From: a virus
Lineage: Duplodnaviria > Caudoviricetes
Strand: one strand, 5' to 3'
IMG/VR virus record: IMGVR_UViG_3300011113_000163
Coordinates: 1-62,057 of that record
Length of the DNA: 62,057 nt
Position numbers and translations under genes: made by a program. Of the stretch, positions 19,814-30,507 are shown piece by piece (the first letter of the stretch is position 1; every line of letters begins with the position of its first letter). A model generated the notes under the pieces. It saw nothing but the letters and a program-made list of their open reading frames with translations. It was not told the origin of the DNA and ran no database searches.

Positions 19814-22800
19814 ATGCCGTTACGTAAAAAAGTCTCGTACGTAGGATTAAAAGATTTTGATTATTTAATTAGAGATACTAGTCTAACATCACCAGACTTC
19901 TTTAATATCGTACATTTTCCAGAAAAATTTAAAGCTGGTAAAAATTTATTTAAATTACGTGCACATCCATCTAACTTAGTAAATTTTAGTGAAATATTCA
20001 TTGAAATATTAGATTATAACGGTAAGCCTGTTTATTATGAACCTTTAAATTATATTGAAAAGGACGGTACACGTGTAATTGCTGTATATATTTACGAAGA
20101 TACGCCCCCGGATACATGTACTGTATATTTAGCCGGACGTACCGCGGTTAATCCAATCACTGGCGAATCGATACCTGCGGCGGTAGAGGATCGTACTAGT
20201 CCTAATGTATTATGGTCTCGTTCTGTTACAATTGCGCCTAATGATCGAAACGATGTAGAAATTATATATACGCAGTATCCGTCATTAGTAATATCAGAAG
20301 TTGTTCAATCGTATCTGCAACCTACTAACGTATACAACGTATTTACGCAATTGTCAGGTTCTGGCGGAACTATGACTATTACACCGGCTCCTTCTCAAGT
20401 TATCGGAGGATTAATCAATAGTACATTAGGCGGCCCTACTGGCCCGAGTACTACTACACCACAAGGCGCTGGCTCTGCAGGTACTCCGTCATTTGGTAAC
20501 CAATTTTACGATTTAACTCCTACTGAAAATACATTGGCGTTAACTAACGGAGCTACTGCATTATCTCCCCCGTTAAATACATTAAACGGATATTCATTAC
20601 TTACAACATCTGGATTTGCTTTATCGTCGCAAATGGAGGGAGGTGTTATTGTAGTTAGGCAACCTAATATTTCTATTCAACCGCCTACCCGCGGAAAAAG
20701 TGGATTAGTATATCCTAATTCGCAAGTTAATGAAACTAATACAAATATATTAGGAACTAGTTCACAGTTAAGCGGATCAATTAAATTTGCTATTGTAAAT
20801 GTTATTAATTCGACTCAAGCACTTGTATCTCAATTTGACGGATTTAAAAATACTAATGATAATACATATGGACCGTTTAATATAAGATTACGTAAGCAAT
20901 TACAGGGCGGGCAGTTTGTAACATATGTAGCAAACGCATTACAAGCTTCGTCTAATTTTACCGCTAGTTTTATACAGCCGACAGCTACTGTACTAACACA
21001 GAATTCTGCTAGTTTTGCTGATATAATTTTAACAGATATAGAGCCGGCTACTGGCGATGTATATAAAATTAAGACATTGTATAAACCTAGCGGATTCTTT
21101 GGAGATTTTAGTGATTTAGGAGATACAATTTTAGAACAGACGGATCTATTGATAGATACTGGGTCGTTAGAAACTAATGTTGTTATAGGATCTTATTACG
21201 AAAATTACGGCCGTTTTGATAATTTAGCAGAAATTAATCAATACTGGGAGTCAAGTTCATTAGGCTCAGTTACTAATCCATTTGCTATAACATATGATAC
21301 AGCTACACTTATAGGCGGAGCTAGACTTTTAACAGATTGGAGCCCTTCAAATCAATATATAGCTAGTATAGGAGATGCGTGTATATTTAATATACGACAA
21401 CAGTATCGCCCGTCAGTAACTAAAAATACCGAGTATTTAGTTAAATTTAGAATTGCAAATGATACTACAATTGCTAATTATTCGTCGAACGACCCAAATA
21501 TACCAAATGCTCGTTTAGATGTTTATGTATCCGGTTCTAGAATTACATATCAAGAAGAGTATCGATATACTCAAGCTGGCGAAATTGTTACAGTTCCAAA
21601 TATAAATGCTACATTGGTAGGAAATTTTAGAGATAACGGACCGTTAGGTACACGTATCGGAACATATCAAATTAAACAATCGCCTAGTTCATACGCAAAT
21701 GTAGTATTTAGATTTAAAGCGGAAGATAATGGGCCTATTGATATTAAATTTGTAACACGCCGTGGATCGTTTATTTTAGCAGATGTACAATTATTAGCTG
21801 ACAAAGAAACAGGATATTCGCCTAATTACGTACGTCTTTCAAAGCGAATACCTACTGAACATTTAAATACTCCATTAACATTTAAATTTCAATATTACGA
21901 CTATCGTGGTAATAAAGCTGATTTAGAAAGTATTGCATTTGGTGCCGTATTTGACGGTGATAATACTTATATAGACGGAGTTAATAACTTAATTACTGGC
22001 TCAATATTTTTAAGTAATCAAACTAACAGTGGTATTGAAATGGCCGGCGTTAGTTCTGGATTTATACGGTCTGTCGGATTCATAGGAGTTAATAGTAGTA
22101 GTAGTGGCGGATTTGTATTATATTCTGGATCTATTTTACGTAATGTAACGGATGAATTTAAAAACGGCGGCGTTGGATTTACTGCAGCTGCGTCGACAGC
22201 TTCTTATATACGTGTTAATACAATAAACGAAGAACTGACAATCAAATCGACTGGATTTAAATTATCAACTAGTAAAGGCGGTAATACCATAATGCAGTTT
22301 ACGGGCTCGGTTGGTATATCCGGTAGTTTAATACAAGACGGTGTTATTCGATTAGATCCGACAACCGATCCAGGTAGTGTATTTCCAAGCTCGTCATTTA
22401 TATATCAGAGCGGTTCTAATACCAATTTAGGAAGTGATTTATTTATTAAACAATCGAATCAAATAGTCAAATTTAATTGGTTGGCAGATCAGCTGTATAC
22501 GGGTTTGTTATATGGAGGTGTAGTAACTTATTCTGGAAGCACTGCATATATTTCATCCGGCTCTGGTTTAGTCGTCAATTACAATGCTAATAACTATAAT
22601 GAAAGTGCGCCGTCAATACAATATATCACATGGCCTAGTTTATCATTTACTCCTACTTATTTACCCGTACGGCAAGTTACTTATTTAGCAATAGATTCTG
22701 GTAGTAATGTATATCAAAGTTATACGCCTTTTACACGCGATGATTATTATGATAAAGTTGTATTAGGCGCAATAGGACATTTTGATTTAGCAAACGTAAC

Positions 22801-23584
22801 AGCGTTTCAAGGAGCAGCGCATACCGTTTACGGACAATCTATACAAACAAATGCATTCGTTGATGCGTTTGGTCCATTAAAAGTATCTGGATATGAACTA
22901 ACAGCACAACCGTCTAGCTTTAAATTGACAGTAGGTAGTGGCACTTCGTTTATACATGGCGGATTCTATGATTATGATCCGACGGACCCGTCGACAATAA
23001 ATACTACGTCACAGACAACGGCTAGCTTAGCATATGTATATCAAAACGGATCTGGCGGAATTTACTTTGATACAAACGGCGGCGCGTTCTATACAAACGT
23101 TACTAGTAGTAAATATGACGACGGTACCGGGACACCAGCTGCAGTTTCAAATAACAACTGGACTATTCAACGTGTATTCGCTGATCCGCGAACCGGTAAG
23201 TTATATATCTATTACGGCCGGACTGTGTATGCAACAAAAGCAACTGCATTAGCAAGTCTATCATCAGATACTTTCTCAGAAGGAGATACATTTGACTTTA
23301 CGACTTTCCTAGGATATTTAGTTGTAAAAAGTAACACGACAGATTTATCTAATACAACGGATAATTCTATATTAGCCGCCGGATTGTTTAGGGGTGTTAG
23401 TGGAGGGGGCGGAAGTTCTGGCGGCGGAACAACATCGCCAGGAGGCTCAGATACCCAAATACAATATAACAATGTGGGTTCTTTCGGGGGCGTGCCTGTA
23501 CTAACATATGATGGCACTACATTAAGAGCAACCGGATCATTTACAGGCTCATTTGAAGGTTTAATCAACGGCGGTACTTTCTAA
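19814..23584 (+). CDS. large virion structural / tail fibre-associated protein
   Basis: 1256 aa, S/T/G-rich; GGSDTQIQYNNVGSFGG fibre motif; ends INGGTF. Confidence 0.6.
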   Translation: MPLRKKVSYVGLKDFDYLIRDTSLTSPDFFNIVHFPEKFKAGKNLFKLRAHPSNLVNFSEIFIEILDYNGKPVYYEPLNYIEKDGTRVIAVYIYEDTPPDTCTVYLAGRTAVNPITGESIPAAVEDRTSPNVLWSRSVTIAPNDRNDVEIIYTQYPSLVISEVVQSYLQPTNVYNVFTQLSGSGGTMTITPAPSQVIGGLINSTLGGPTGPSTTTPQGAGSAGTPSFGNQFYDLTPTENTLALTNGATALSPPLNTLNGYSLLTTSGFALSSQMEGGVIVVRQPNISIQPPTRGKSGLVYPNSQVNETNTNILGTSSQLSGSIKFAIVNVINSTQALVSQFDGFKNTNDNTYGPFNIRLRKQLQGGQFVTYVANALQASSNFTASFIQPTATVLTQNSASFADIILTDIEPATGDVYKIKTLYKPSGFFGDFSDLGDTILEQTDLLIDTGSLETNVVIGSYYENYGRFDNLAEINQYWESSSLGSVTNPFAITYDTATLIGGARLLTDWSPSNQYIASIGDACIFNIRQQYRPSVTKNTEYLVKFRIANDTTIANYSSNDPNIPNARLDVYVSGSRITYQEEYRYTQAGEIVTVPNINATLVGNFRDNGPLGTRIGTYQIKQSPSSYANVVFRFKAEDNGPIDIKFVTRRGSFILADVQLLADKETGYSPNYVRLSKRIPTEHLNTPLTFKFQYYDYRGNKADLESIAFGAVFDGDNTYIDGVNNLITGSIFLSNQTNSGIEMAGVSSGFIRSVGFIGVNSSSSGGFVLYSGSILRNVTDEFKNGGVGFTAAASTASYIRVNTINEELTIKSTGFKLSTSKGGNTIMQFTGSVGISGSLIQDGVIRLDPTTDPGSVFPSSSFIYQSGSNTNLGSDLFIKQSNQIVKFNWLADQLYTGLLYGGVVTYSGSTAYISSGSGLVVNYNANNYNESAPSIQYITWPSLSFTPTYLPVRQVTYLAIDSGSNVYQSYTPFTRDDYYDKVVLGAIGHFDLANVTAFQGAAHTVYGQSIQTNAFVDAFGPLKVSGYELTAQPSSFKLTVGSGTSFIHGGFYDYDPTDPSTINTTSQTTASLAYVYQNGSGGIYFDTNGGAFYTNVTSSKYDDGTGTPAAVSNNNWTIQRVFADPRTGKLYIYYGRTVYATKATALASLSSDTFSEGDTFDFTTFLGYLVVKSNTTDLSNTTDNSILAAGLFRGVSGGGGSSGGGTTSPGGSDTQIQYNNVGSFGGVPVLTYDGTTLRATGSFTGSFEGLINGGTF

Positions 23585-23588
23585 ACGA

Positions 23589-23596
23589 ATATTTAT
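23589..23596 (+). promoter_or_regulatory. putative late promoter ATATTTAT
   Basis: recurrent motif, 5 nt before ATG. Confidence 0.6.
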
Positions 23597-23601
23597 AATA
23601 A

Positions 23602-25737
23602 ATGGCTACAATAATAACTAAAAATAGTGCAACCGCAGGTAATACTCCAAGTAATTTAACACAGGGAGAGTTAGCAATTAATGTAGCGGACGGCCGTTTA
23701 TTTTATGGAAGCGGGTCTAGTAGTGTAGTAAAACAGTTTGATACTATATCAACCGCATCTTACGCTACAAATGCCGGTAATGCTTCTGCAATAGATATCT
23801 ACTCATTTAGCAGTCCAGTAGATAGCTATTTATTGATGTCAAATGTAGTTGGCACGACTGGAGTAGCAATAGGCGGCGACGCTGATCTGCGATACAATTC
23901 AAGTACAAATGTATTAACAGTAGGAAATATATCAGCTACAACATTAACAGGTTCATTATTAGGTACGGCTAGTAATGCAATAAATGCTGTAACGGCTTCC
24001 TACTTAATCGGTTCAGTAACTAGCGCCAGTTATGCAAGTACAGCTTCTTATATAAACACATTAAATCAAAGTTTAGTTGTTAATGGCGGACTTGTAGTAA
24101 CTAGTGGTTCTACGGCGAGTAATACAACAATAATGCAAGTTCAGTTAGCAAACAATGCTAAGCAAGTCGAAATAGCTACAAGTAATGGACATAGTGTATT
24201 AACTACATATAATTCAAATCAATTGCCAGTAAATCAAATCCATTCAAACAGTACTACATATTTCGCTAGTAGTTCCTTAAGTAGATTTATTGTAGGTGAT
24301 AGTAGTGGCTTATCCGGAAAATTTGGTGTTAAAGGAGATGCGTCAGATTCTAGTGTAAACACCTATCTTATAAACTCAAATAATACAATATTACTATCTG
24401 CATTAAATAATGGAAACATTGGCATAGGCACTATTTCACCGTCATTTCCATTAGATGTGGTTGGTCCTGCACGCTTTCAAAACGGAATTACAGGGTCAAT
24501 GGTACTTACAGGATCGTTAACAACGACCGGTATAATGTCAGCTTCATCCTTTAATTCTGTGTTATCCGTATTTTCTCAAAGTAGATTATTATTAGATAAC
24601 ACTTTTAACAACACAGCTGAGACTATTGCTACTCCAAATAGCATTCGTAATCGATCTCCTCTATTGCGAGTATATGGAACATATACTACAGCATCGGCAA
24701 ATGCCGCTTACAATAACCAAATAATATCAACTCACTTATATCCAACTTTTAATCCTACAAATAACACAATAGCTGTATTTAATACGCTAGTATTAGAACC
24801 GCAATTTTTAAATACTAATGCTACTGGTAGTGCTAGAGGATTATATGTGACTCCAGGCTTTTCTGGCGCACACCCAAACTGGAGAAGTATAGAATGGGAT
24901 AATATTGAGGGATATGGATTATATGGGTCTGGGACTGCTCGGAATTATTTAAATGGATCTTTAGGAATTGGAACATTAACCCCATCTGCTTCATTACATA
25001 CTACCGGTAGTGGAATAATCGTAGGCACTTTATCAGTAGGTACATCAAGTTTAGGCCCAAATGAAAATACAATAACTCTAGGAGCACGCGACGCTGCTTC
25101 CGAAGGAGGTCAAATTGGATTCAATGCTCCGGGTGGAACATATACATCTGCCTCAATGGTCGACCTTTACCAAAACAGACTTAGGGTATTAAGAGGAACG
25201 AATGCTGGTAGTGATGCTGAAGTTGCATGGTGGAGTATGCACTCCAAGCAAATGGCGTTACCGGCTTATAATAGTGCTACAGCATTTACTGGAAATGAAG
25301 TAGCAATGTTAGGAGTAGATAGTAGTGGGAATGTTTTAACAACAACAATACTAGGCGCTGTATTAACTAATAACTATATCGGTGCTGGTTTTACTAATCC
25401 CATAGTTACTTATATGCCTTTTGGAGCCGCGACAGTATCAGGTACTGAATCACAACGTCAAGTAGCATCGCCTGTTGCTGGATCATTAAAGAATTTTTAC
25501 TTAAGAACAAATAACGCATCGCCAGCCGGCAGTGTAACAACTTTTATAATTAGGGTTAACGGTGTAGCTACAAATATTAAAATAACTATATCTGGAAGTG
25601 CAGCAGCTGGTAAATTTTTTGATACTACAAACTCCGCTATAGTAGCTGTAGGTGATGATATTTCATTGCAAGTAAGTACTAGTGTAGGTAATAGTCCCCA
25701 AGTTAATCAATATAGTATTGGAATAATTCCTTCTTAA
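23602..25737 (+). CDS. tail fibre / receptor-binding protein
   Basis: N-terminal PSNLTQGELAINVADGRLFYG (Mtd_N/hyaluronidase-like anchor); GNIGIGT repeats; SASYAS linkers. Confidence 0.7.
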   Translation: MATIITKNSATAGNTPSNLTQGELAINVADGRLFYGSGSSSVVKQFDTISTASYATNAGNASAIDIYSFSSPVDSYLLMSNVVGTTGVAIGGDADLRYNSSTNVLTVGNISATTLTGSLLGTASNAINAVTASYLIGSVTSASYASTASYINTLNQSLVVNGGLVVTSGSTASNTTIMQVQLANNAKQVEIATSNGHSVLTTYNSNQLPVNQIHSNSTTYFASSSLSRFIVGDSSGLSGKFGVKGDASDSSVNTYLINSNNTILLSALNNGNIGIGTISPSFPLDVVGPARFQNGITGSMVLTGSLTTTGIMSASSFNSVLSVFSQSRLLLDNTFNNTAETIATPNSIRNRSPLLRVYGTYTTASANAAYNNQIISTHLYPTFNPTNNTIAVFNTLVLEPQFLNTNATGSARGLYVTPGFSGAHPNWRSIEWDNIEGYGLYGSGTARNYLNGSLGIGTLTPSASLHTTGSGIIVGTLSVGTSSLGPNENTITLGARDAASEGGQIGFNAPGGTYTSASMVDLYQNRLRVLRGTNAGSDAEVAWWSMHSKQMALPAYNSATAFTGNEVAMLGVDSSGNVLTTTILGAVLTNNYIGAGFTNPIVTYMPFGAATVSGTESQRQVASPVAGSLKNFYLRTNNASPAGSVTTFIIRVNGVATNIKITISGSAAAGKFFDTTNSAIVAVGDDISLQVSTSVGNSPQVNQYSIGIIPS

Positions 25738-25739
25738 TT

Positions 25740-25997
25740 ATGATACAAAATAAATTTACACAATTAAATACTAATTTTATATTAGAGTTGCTTGATACTA
25801 TGGATGGTAAAGTACGTTTCACTTTATTCAATAATCCATCTGATTTATCTCAAAAAATAATATCCGTAGAAAACAGAGTCGATGAGTTTGATCAAATGAT
25901 TGTAGATTTCTATACAGATAATTCTAAATTAGATTATTTTATATCATTAATGATTCAAGATCATATAACTGCATTTGCAATCTATAATAATCTATAA
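25740..25997 (+). CDS. small hypothetical protein, possible fibre chaperone
   Basis: 85-aa ORF 2 nt after the fibre gene. Confidence 0.5.
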   Translation: MIQNKFTQLNTNFILELLDTMDGKVRFTLFNNPSDLSQKIISVENRVDEFDQMIVDFYTDNSKLDYFISLMIQDHITAFAIYNNL

Positions 25998-26004
25998 CGT
26001 TAAC

Positions 26005-26012
26005 ATATTTAT
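26005..26012 (+). promoter_or_regulatory. putative late promoter ATATTTAT
   Basis: recurrent intergenic motif. Confidence 0.65.
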
Positions 26013-26029
26013 ACAAAAGAAGTATAGAT

Positions 26030-27703
26030 ATGAGTTTAAGTAATTGGTTAGTTGAACAAATTGTAACGGAAGCTGCTAACATACAGCGTGTTATAGCAGT
26101 ATATCCAGGACGTTTTCAGCCATTTGGACCTCACCACGCAAAAGCGTTTGCTTGGTTACAAGGAAAGTTTGGTGCTGAAAATACATATATTGTAACTAGT
26201 GATAAAGTTAAACCTCCTAAATCTCCGTTTTCATTTGCCGATAAAAAAAATATTATTACTAATTACGGCATAAAAAATCTTGTACAAACTAAACAACCAT
26301 ATACGCCGACAGAATTGTTAAATCAATTCGATCCGGCAACGACTGCAGTTGTTTTTATGGTAGGTCAAAAGGATATGGAAGAAGATCCTAGATTTGCTAT
26401 GATGCCTAAAAAGAGCGGAGATCCGTCATATTTTCAACCATATGCTACAAATAAAAATAAACTGCAGGGATATGGTAAACATGGATATCTAATTGTAGCT
26501 CCTCATGTATCATTACGAGTTACGGGATATGGAGAAATGTCAGGAACAGAATTACGTACTGCATTAAAAAATGCAACCCCAACCACATTTAAAACAATAA
26601 TGGGTTGGTATAATCCAACTGTATATAATATGATTAAAAAAAACTTAACTGAATCTGTTAATAAAAGAATGTTAATAGAGGGAGGTGCTGGTGGCCATAT
26701 GGCACATCCATTTGATATTCCGTCTGTAAAAACCGGTAAAGACTTAGTAAAAGTATTTGTACAAGCTGCTAACTATTTAGAAAAAGGCCCGGCATCTGTT
26801 AAGATAGACGGTGTTAACGCTAGCATTAGATTGGTTAATGTTGATGGGCGTCGTCAGTTTGTAATGGATAGAGGATCTAGCAAACCGTTAGATGTTAAAG
26901 GCGTAACTAAAGATGATCTTGAAGCACGTTTTGGTGCAGGGCATGGCATGATAGTTACCGGAGGTAAAGTATTAGATATATTTAATGATGCTATACCAAA
27001 TATATCAGCTCAACTTAAAACATTAGGCTTATGGAACAATCCTAACATATTGTTCAATATTGAGTATGTAGCTGGTTCTACCAATGTATTATCTTATAAC
27101 AAAAACTTCTTAGCAATACATGGATTGTTAGAAATTGAACAAGTAACACCTAAGCGTCGTGCTACTAAAGAGATAACTTATAATAAGAAATCCATGCAAG
27201 ATTTATTGAACAATTTAGCCCCGACTGCAAATGAATACGGGTTCGAAGTTTTAGGTTCCGTACCGACTACATTGGACAAATATCCAGATTTTCAAGGAGA
27301 ACTTGCTAAAAAGTATGCCATTACTATTAATGGTAAAAAAGTTTCTAAAACATTAAATCAATGGCTATCAACTGCACAAAACGAACGTGATACAACAGTT
27401 AAATTGGCGGATGGAAAAGCAGTTGGAGCTCAATCAAAACAAATTTTATTGGCATTGTCACAAGGCGAAGATGCTGCTAAAATAGTAGCTGATCCAGACG
27501 ATGTAGAAAAAGTAGTTAACGGCTTTGTTATTTATTTGGCTACAATGGAATTAGGTAATGCAGTGTTAGAAGCATTGAGTTCGCCACTAGGACCAGTTAA
27601 AGAACATGAAGGTATTGTAATTAGAGATCCTAAAATATATGATAGTCCATTTAAAATAACTGGTCGATTCATTGTTAAAGGACTTGAATCACAGTTTAGA
27701 TAG
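26030..27703 (+). CDS. fusion of cytidylyltransferase-like (HIGH family) domain and RNA/DNA ligase-like nucleotidyltransferase domain
   Basis: AVYPGRFQPFGPHH and SGTELR in N-half; KIDG, EGIVIR and FKITG in C-half. Confidence 0.65.
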   Translation: MSLSNWLVEQIVTEAANIQRVIAVYPGRFQPFGPHHAKAFAWLQGKFGAENTYIVTSDKVKPPKSPFSFADKKNIITNYGIKNLVQTKQPYTPTELLNQFDPATTAVVFMVGQKDMEEDPRFAMMPKKSGDPSYFQPYATNKNKLQGYGKHGYLIVAPHVSLRVTGYGEMSGTELRTALKNATPTTFKTIMGWYNPTVYNMIKKNLTESVNKRMLIEGGAGGHMAHPFDIPSVKTGKDLVKVFVQAANYLEKGPASVKIDGVNASIRLVNVDGRRQFVMDRGSSKPLDVKGVTKDDLEARFGAGHGMIVTGGKVLDIFNDAIPNISAQLKTLGLWNNPNILFNIEYVAGSTNVLSYNKNFLAIHGLLEIEQVTPKRRATKEITYNKKSMQDLLNNLAPTANEYGFEVLGSVPTTLDKYPDFQGELAKKYAITINGKKVSKTLNQWLSTAQNERDTTVKLADGKAVGAQSKQILLALSQGEDAAKIVADPDDVEKVVNGFVIYLATMELGNAVLEALSSPLGPVKEHEGIVIRDPKIYDSPFKITGRFIVKGLESQFR

Positions 27704-27711
27704 ATATTTAT
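27704..27711 (+). promoter_or_regulatory. putative late promoter ATATTTAT
   Basis: recurrent intergenic motif. Confidence 0.65.
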
Positions 27712-27734
27712 AATAAAATTATACAGGGAATATA

Positions 27735-28313
27735 ATGGCAACAGAAAAAGAATTACGTAATGAAATCCGTAAGCATGTACAAAAAATTCTTAAAGAATAT
27801 CAACCAGGTGGATTTTTACAAAGCGTAGGCGCACAAGCACGTACGAGTCTAGGATCAGGCCGTAGCATGCTAGATAAATATTTAGGTAATGTTGATACTG
27901 AAAGATTGGCTAGATTACCTAAAATGCAAAAGGTAAATTTACTAGCTGCATTAATGAGAACATTCGGCATTTCTGCTAACGATTTAACATCATTACGTGG
28001 ACAAGTATCACGTACATTGAAAGGATATGAGACAGCAGACGCACCGGTTGAAGAAGGTAAGCTCAATGAACTTGATTTTGAAAATCCACCTACCGACGCT
28101 AGTACAGATTCTGGAGATTCAGAAGTAAGTTCGGGTTTAGCCGCAAAAGGTGAAAAACTAAAAGATACTCAGGCATATAAAATGATGGTAAAGCAATTAG
28201 AAAACAAGCCGGCATCAGATCAATCAGCGTTTGTTTTAGATTTATTATCAAACTTACCGTTGGATGATTCTGCTAAACGCATGATTAAGATGAAAATTAA
28301 ATCGTCATTATAA
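27735..28313 (+). CDS. hypothetical protein, possible internal head protein
   Basis: 192-aa ORF with ILKE and LNE motifs, preceded by ATATTTAT. Confidence 0.6.
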   Translation: MATEKELRNEIRKHVQKILKEYQPGGFLQSVGAQARTSLGSGRSMLDKYLGNVDTERLARLPKMQKVNLLAALMRTFGISANDLTSLRGQVSRTLKGYETADAPVEEGKLNELDFENPPTDASTDSGDSEVSSGLAAKGEKLKDTQAYKMMVKQLENKPASDQSAFVLDLLSNLPLDDSAKRMIKMKIKSSL

Positions 28314-28319
28314 TAGTTT

Positions 28320-28949
28320 ATGAGCAATAAGTTACAAAATTTAAAAGCTACCAAGGAATTGTTAGCTGGAACGCATAGTACTCAAACACGTAAGTCATTT
28401 GGGTATGAAAATAAATCTGATAGCAAACGTGCTATTGGAGATGTTTGGATAGAAAAAGATCCAAAGACGGGCATTGAATATAAAATAGAACAGAAAGACG
28501 GCTTTCGTACTAAAACACCTTTAAACAGTATTTTAAAACAAATTCGTCAAATATTATCTGTTCCGGAAAAATGTCCATGCTGCAATAAAAAAATGCGAGA
28601 TGAAGAAAAGGCATTAAACTTTAAAATGTATTTCAAACGTAAAAAATGTTTTGAATGTGTTATTAAAGAAGAAACTGCAATACGAATGCAAGGTAAAGAA
28701 GCGTGGGAAGAATATTCGCGTAACATAATGTTAGCCAATGCGGAAGCATGGTTGGCAGATGCTGATAAAGAAGTTGAAATATTACGTGAATCGTTAAAAG
28801 TTCAGTTTATTCAAAATGCCGAAGGTGGATTAGAAGAATGGGATCAAACCGCATTTTTAGAAAAATTTGATACAGATTATCAATCGTTAAAAAACAATAT
28901 AATAACAAATTTAAAAGGTGAATATGGCAACACCAAGGAAAGTAACTAA
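28320..28949 (+). CDS. hypothetical protein with CxxC..CxxC zinc ribbon
   Basis: CPCC and CFEC pairs in a 209-aa ORF. Confidence 0.65.
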   Translation: MSNKLQNLKATKELLAGTHSTQTRKSFGYENKSDSKRAIGDVWIEKDPKTGIEYKIEQKDGFRTKTPLNSILKQIRQILSVPEKCPCCNKKMRDEEKALNFKMYFKRKKCFECVIKEETAIRMQGKEAWEEYSRNIMLANAEAWLADADKEVEILRESLKVQFIQNAEGGLEEWDQTAFLEKFDTDYQSLKNNIITNLKGEYGNTKESN

Positions 28950-29199
28950 GGCAGCTGAAAAGTTAGAAAAACATAGCGCTGAGATGCAAGAAGTCGCAGC
29001 AAAATGGGCAAAGGCTATTGGTGATGAAAAACCAAAATTGTTTGATAAGCTTAAAAAGATGACGGCTGAAAAACGTAAGTTAGAACAAGAACTTAATACA
29101 GCGTTGTTAGAATTAGATAAAGATACTGAATTGCAAATTGACGAAGTACGTCGTTTAATCCGTAACATAATACGTGAAGAAATTAAAAAATTAAAGTAA
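28924..29199 (+). CDS. small coiled-coil hypothetical protein
   Basis: ATG at 28924 follows AAGGTG; ends LIRNIIREEIKKLK. Confidence 0.6.
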   Translation: MATPRKVTKAAEKLEKHSAEMQEVAAKWAKAIGDEKPKLFDKLKKMTAEKRKLEQELNTALLELDKDTELQIDEVRRLIRNIIREEIKKLK

Positions 29200-30506
29200 T
29201 GGCAAAAGTTAAATTAACAAGTATAATGACAGAAGTTTTATGGGAACGTTGTTTATTAAATCAACGTTCTATACAATTAGAACAGTCATTAACTAAAGAA
29301 GAAAAGATACACGGTATTTTTAAAGAATATGTATCTTATGTAAAAAACGTATTAAATACGGAACAGCTGACTTCTTTTAAAAATTTCTTTAATCCTACGT
29401 TAACAGAAGACCTTAGTGATGATGATATGGCTGAACTAATAGCTCAAGCAGCACGTGAGTTAGCTAATAAATTACCGGATGCTAAATACTTAACTGACCC
29501 AGAAAAGATACATATCGACGCTTTAGAAAAAGGTGATGTCGAACAAGGCATAGAGATAGACGGACAAGAAAGTAGTGAGGATGTACAGACAGAGTCATAT
29601 CGTACTAAGAAACGAATACTTACTGAAGCTGGCGTATTAATGACAATACTAGCTTTACCAGCTATAGGAAAATTAATTGCGAATGTCATTGATTGGGTTA
29701 AGCGCAATCTTACATTTCCGTCTACCGAGTCAATAAAAGAAGGTGAAATTATAGATATTTTAACTTTAATACATGCATATGCAAAGTCTAACAATAAAAT
29801 ACCGACAAAACAAATTGTTGCAGATTTAGCTAAAAAAACTACGTTTGATAAATTAGACAAATTGATTTCATTCATTAATAAAAAAGCTAAAACAGATTAC
29901 AAATCGCCAAATATAAAAACTCCAATATTTGACGAATACGAACTTTCATACTCCGATCCTGAAGCTGCATTAATGAAAAATATTGACATGGCATTCGACA
30001 GAATAAATGATGCAGTTACGGCTGATGCAGAAAAGAATAAGGGTCATAAAGTACAATTTTCACCCAAAGGCTCAAAGGTACAGCCGGCTGATGATCATAT
30101 GATACATATATTAAATAGTATGACTTATTCATCACCTGTTGCTAAGTCATTAGCTAACGCTAGTCATACGTTACATGAGTGGATTTTAAAAACTGTAGGT
30201 ACAATAATGACGCCTATATTCGCTGTGCGTTACGGACTTTTCAGTAAAGCTGGATGGAAAAAGGCTTGGGATAAATCACATCAATGGGCAAATGTAATGT
30301 ATATTACTGCGATGGGGGCATATTTAGGATGGCATGGAATTAAAGCTTTATTGACAGACTCTGATATATTAGGATTTATTAAAGGTATGTTTGAGTCAGT
30401 TGAAAAATTTGTCGAAGCTTCTAAAGATATAATTAAAACCGGAGATCTATCAGTTGCCGCCGTTGAAGAATTCCTTGCAGTTTCAGGCGCTTTACAAGAA
30501 GATTAA
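29199..30506 (+). CDS. hypothetical protein with hydrophobic helices, possible ejected/internal protein
   Basis: 435 aa; IMTE and LTE motifs; hydrophobic segments after RILTE and near the C-terminus. Confidence 0.6.
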   Translation: MAKVKLTSIMTEVLWERCLLNQRSIQLEQSLTKEEKIHGIFKEYVSYVKNVLNTEQLTSFKNFFNPTLTEDLSDDDMAELIAQAARELANKLPDAKYLTDPEKIHIDALEKGDVEQGIEIDGQESSEDVQTESYRTKKRILTEAGVLMTILALPAIGKLIANVIDWVKRNLTFPSTESIKEGEIIDILTLIHAYAKSNNKIPTKQIVADLAKKTTFDKLDKLISFINKKAKTDYKSPNIKTPIFDEYELSYSDPEAALMKNIDMAFDRINDAVTADAEKNKGHKVQFSPKGSKVQPADDHMIHILNSMTYSSPVAKSLANASHTLHEWILKTVGTIMTPIFAVRYGLFSKAGWKKAWDKSHQWANVMYITAMGAYLGWHGIKALLTDSDILGFIKGMFESVEKFVEASKDIIKTGDLSVAAVEEFLAVSGALQED

Positions 30507-30507
30507 T

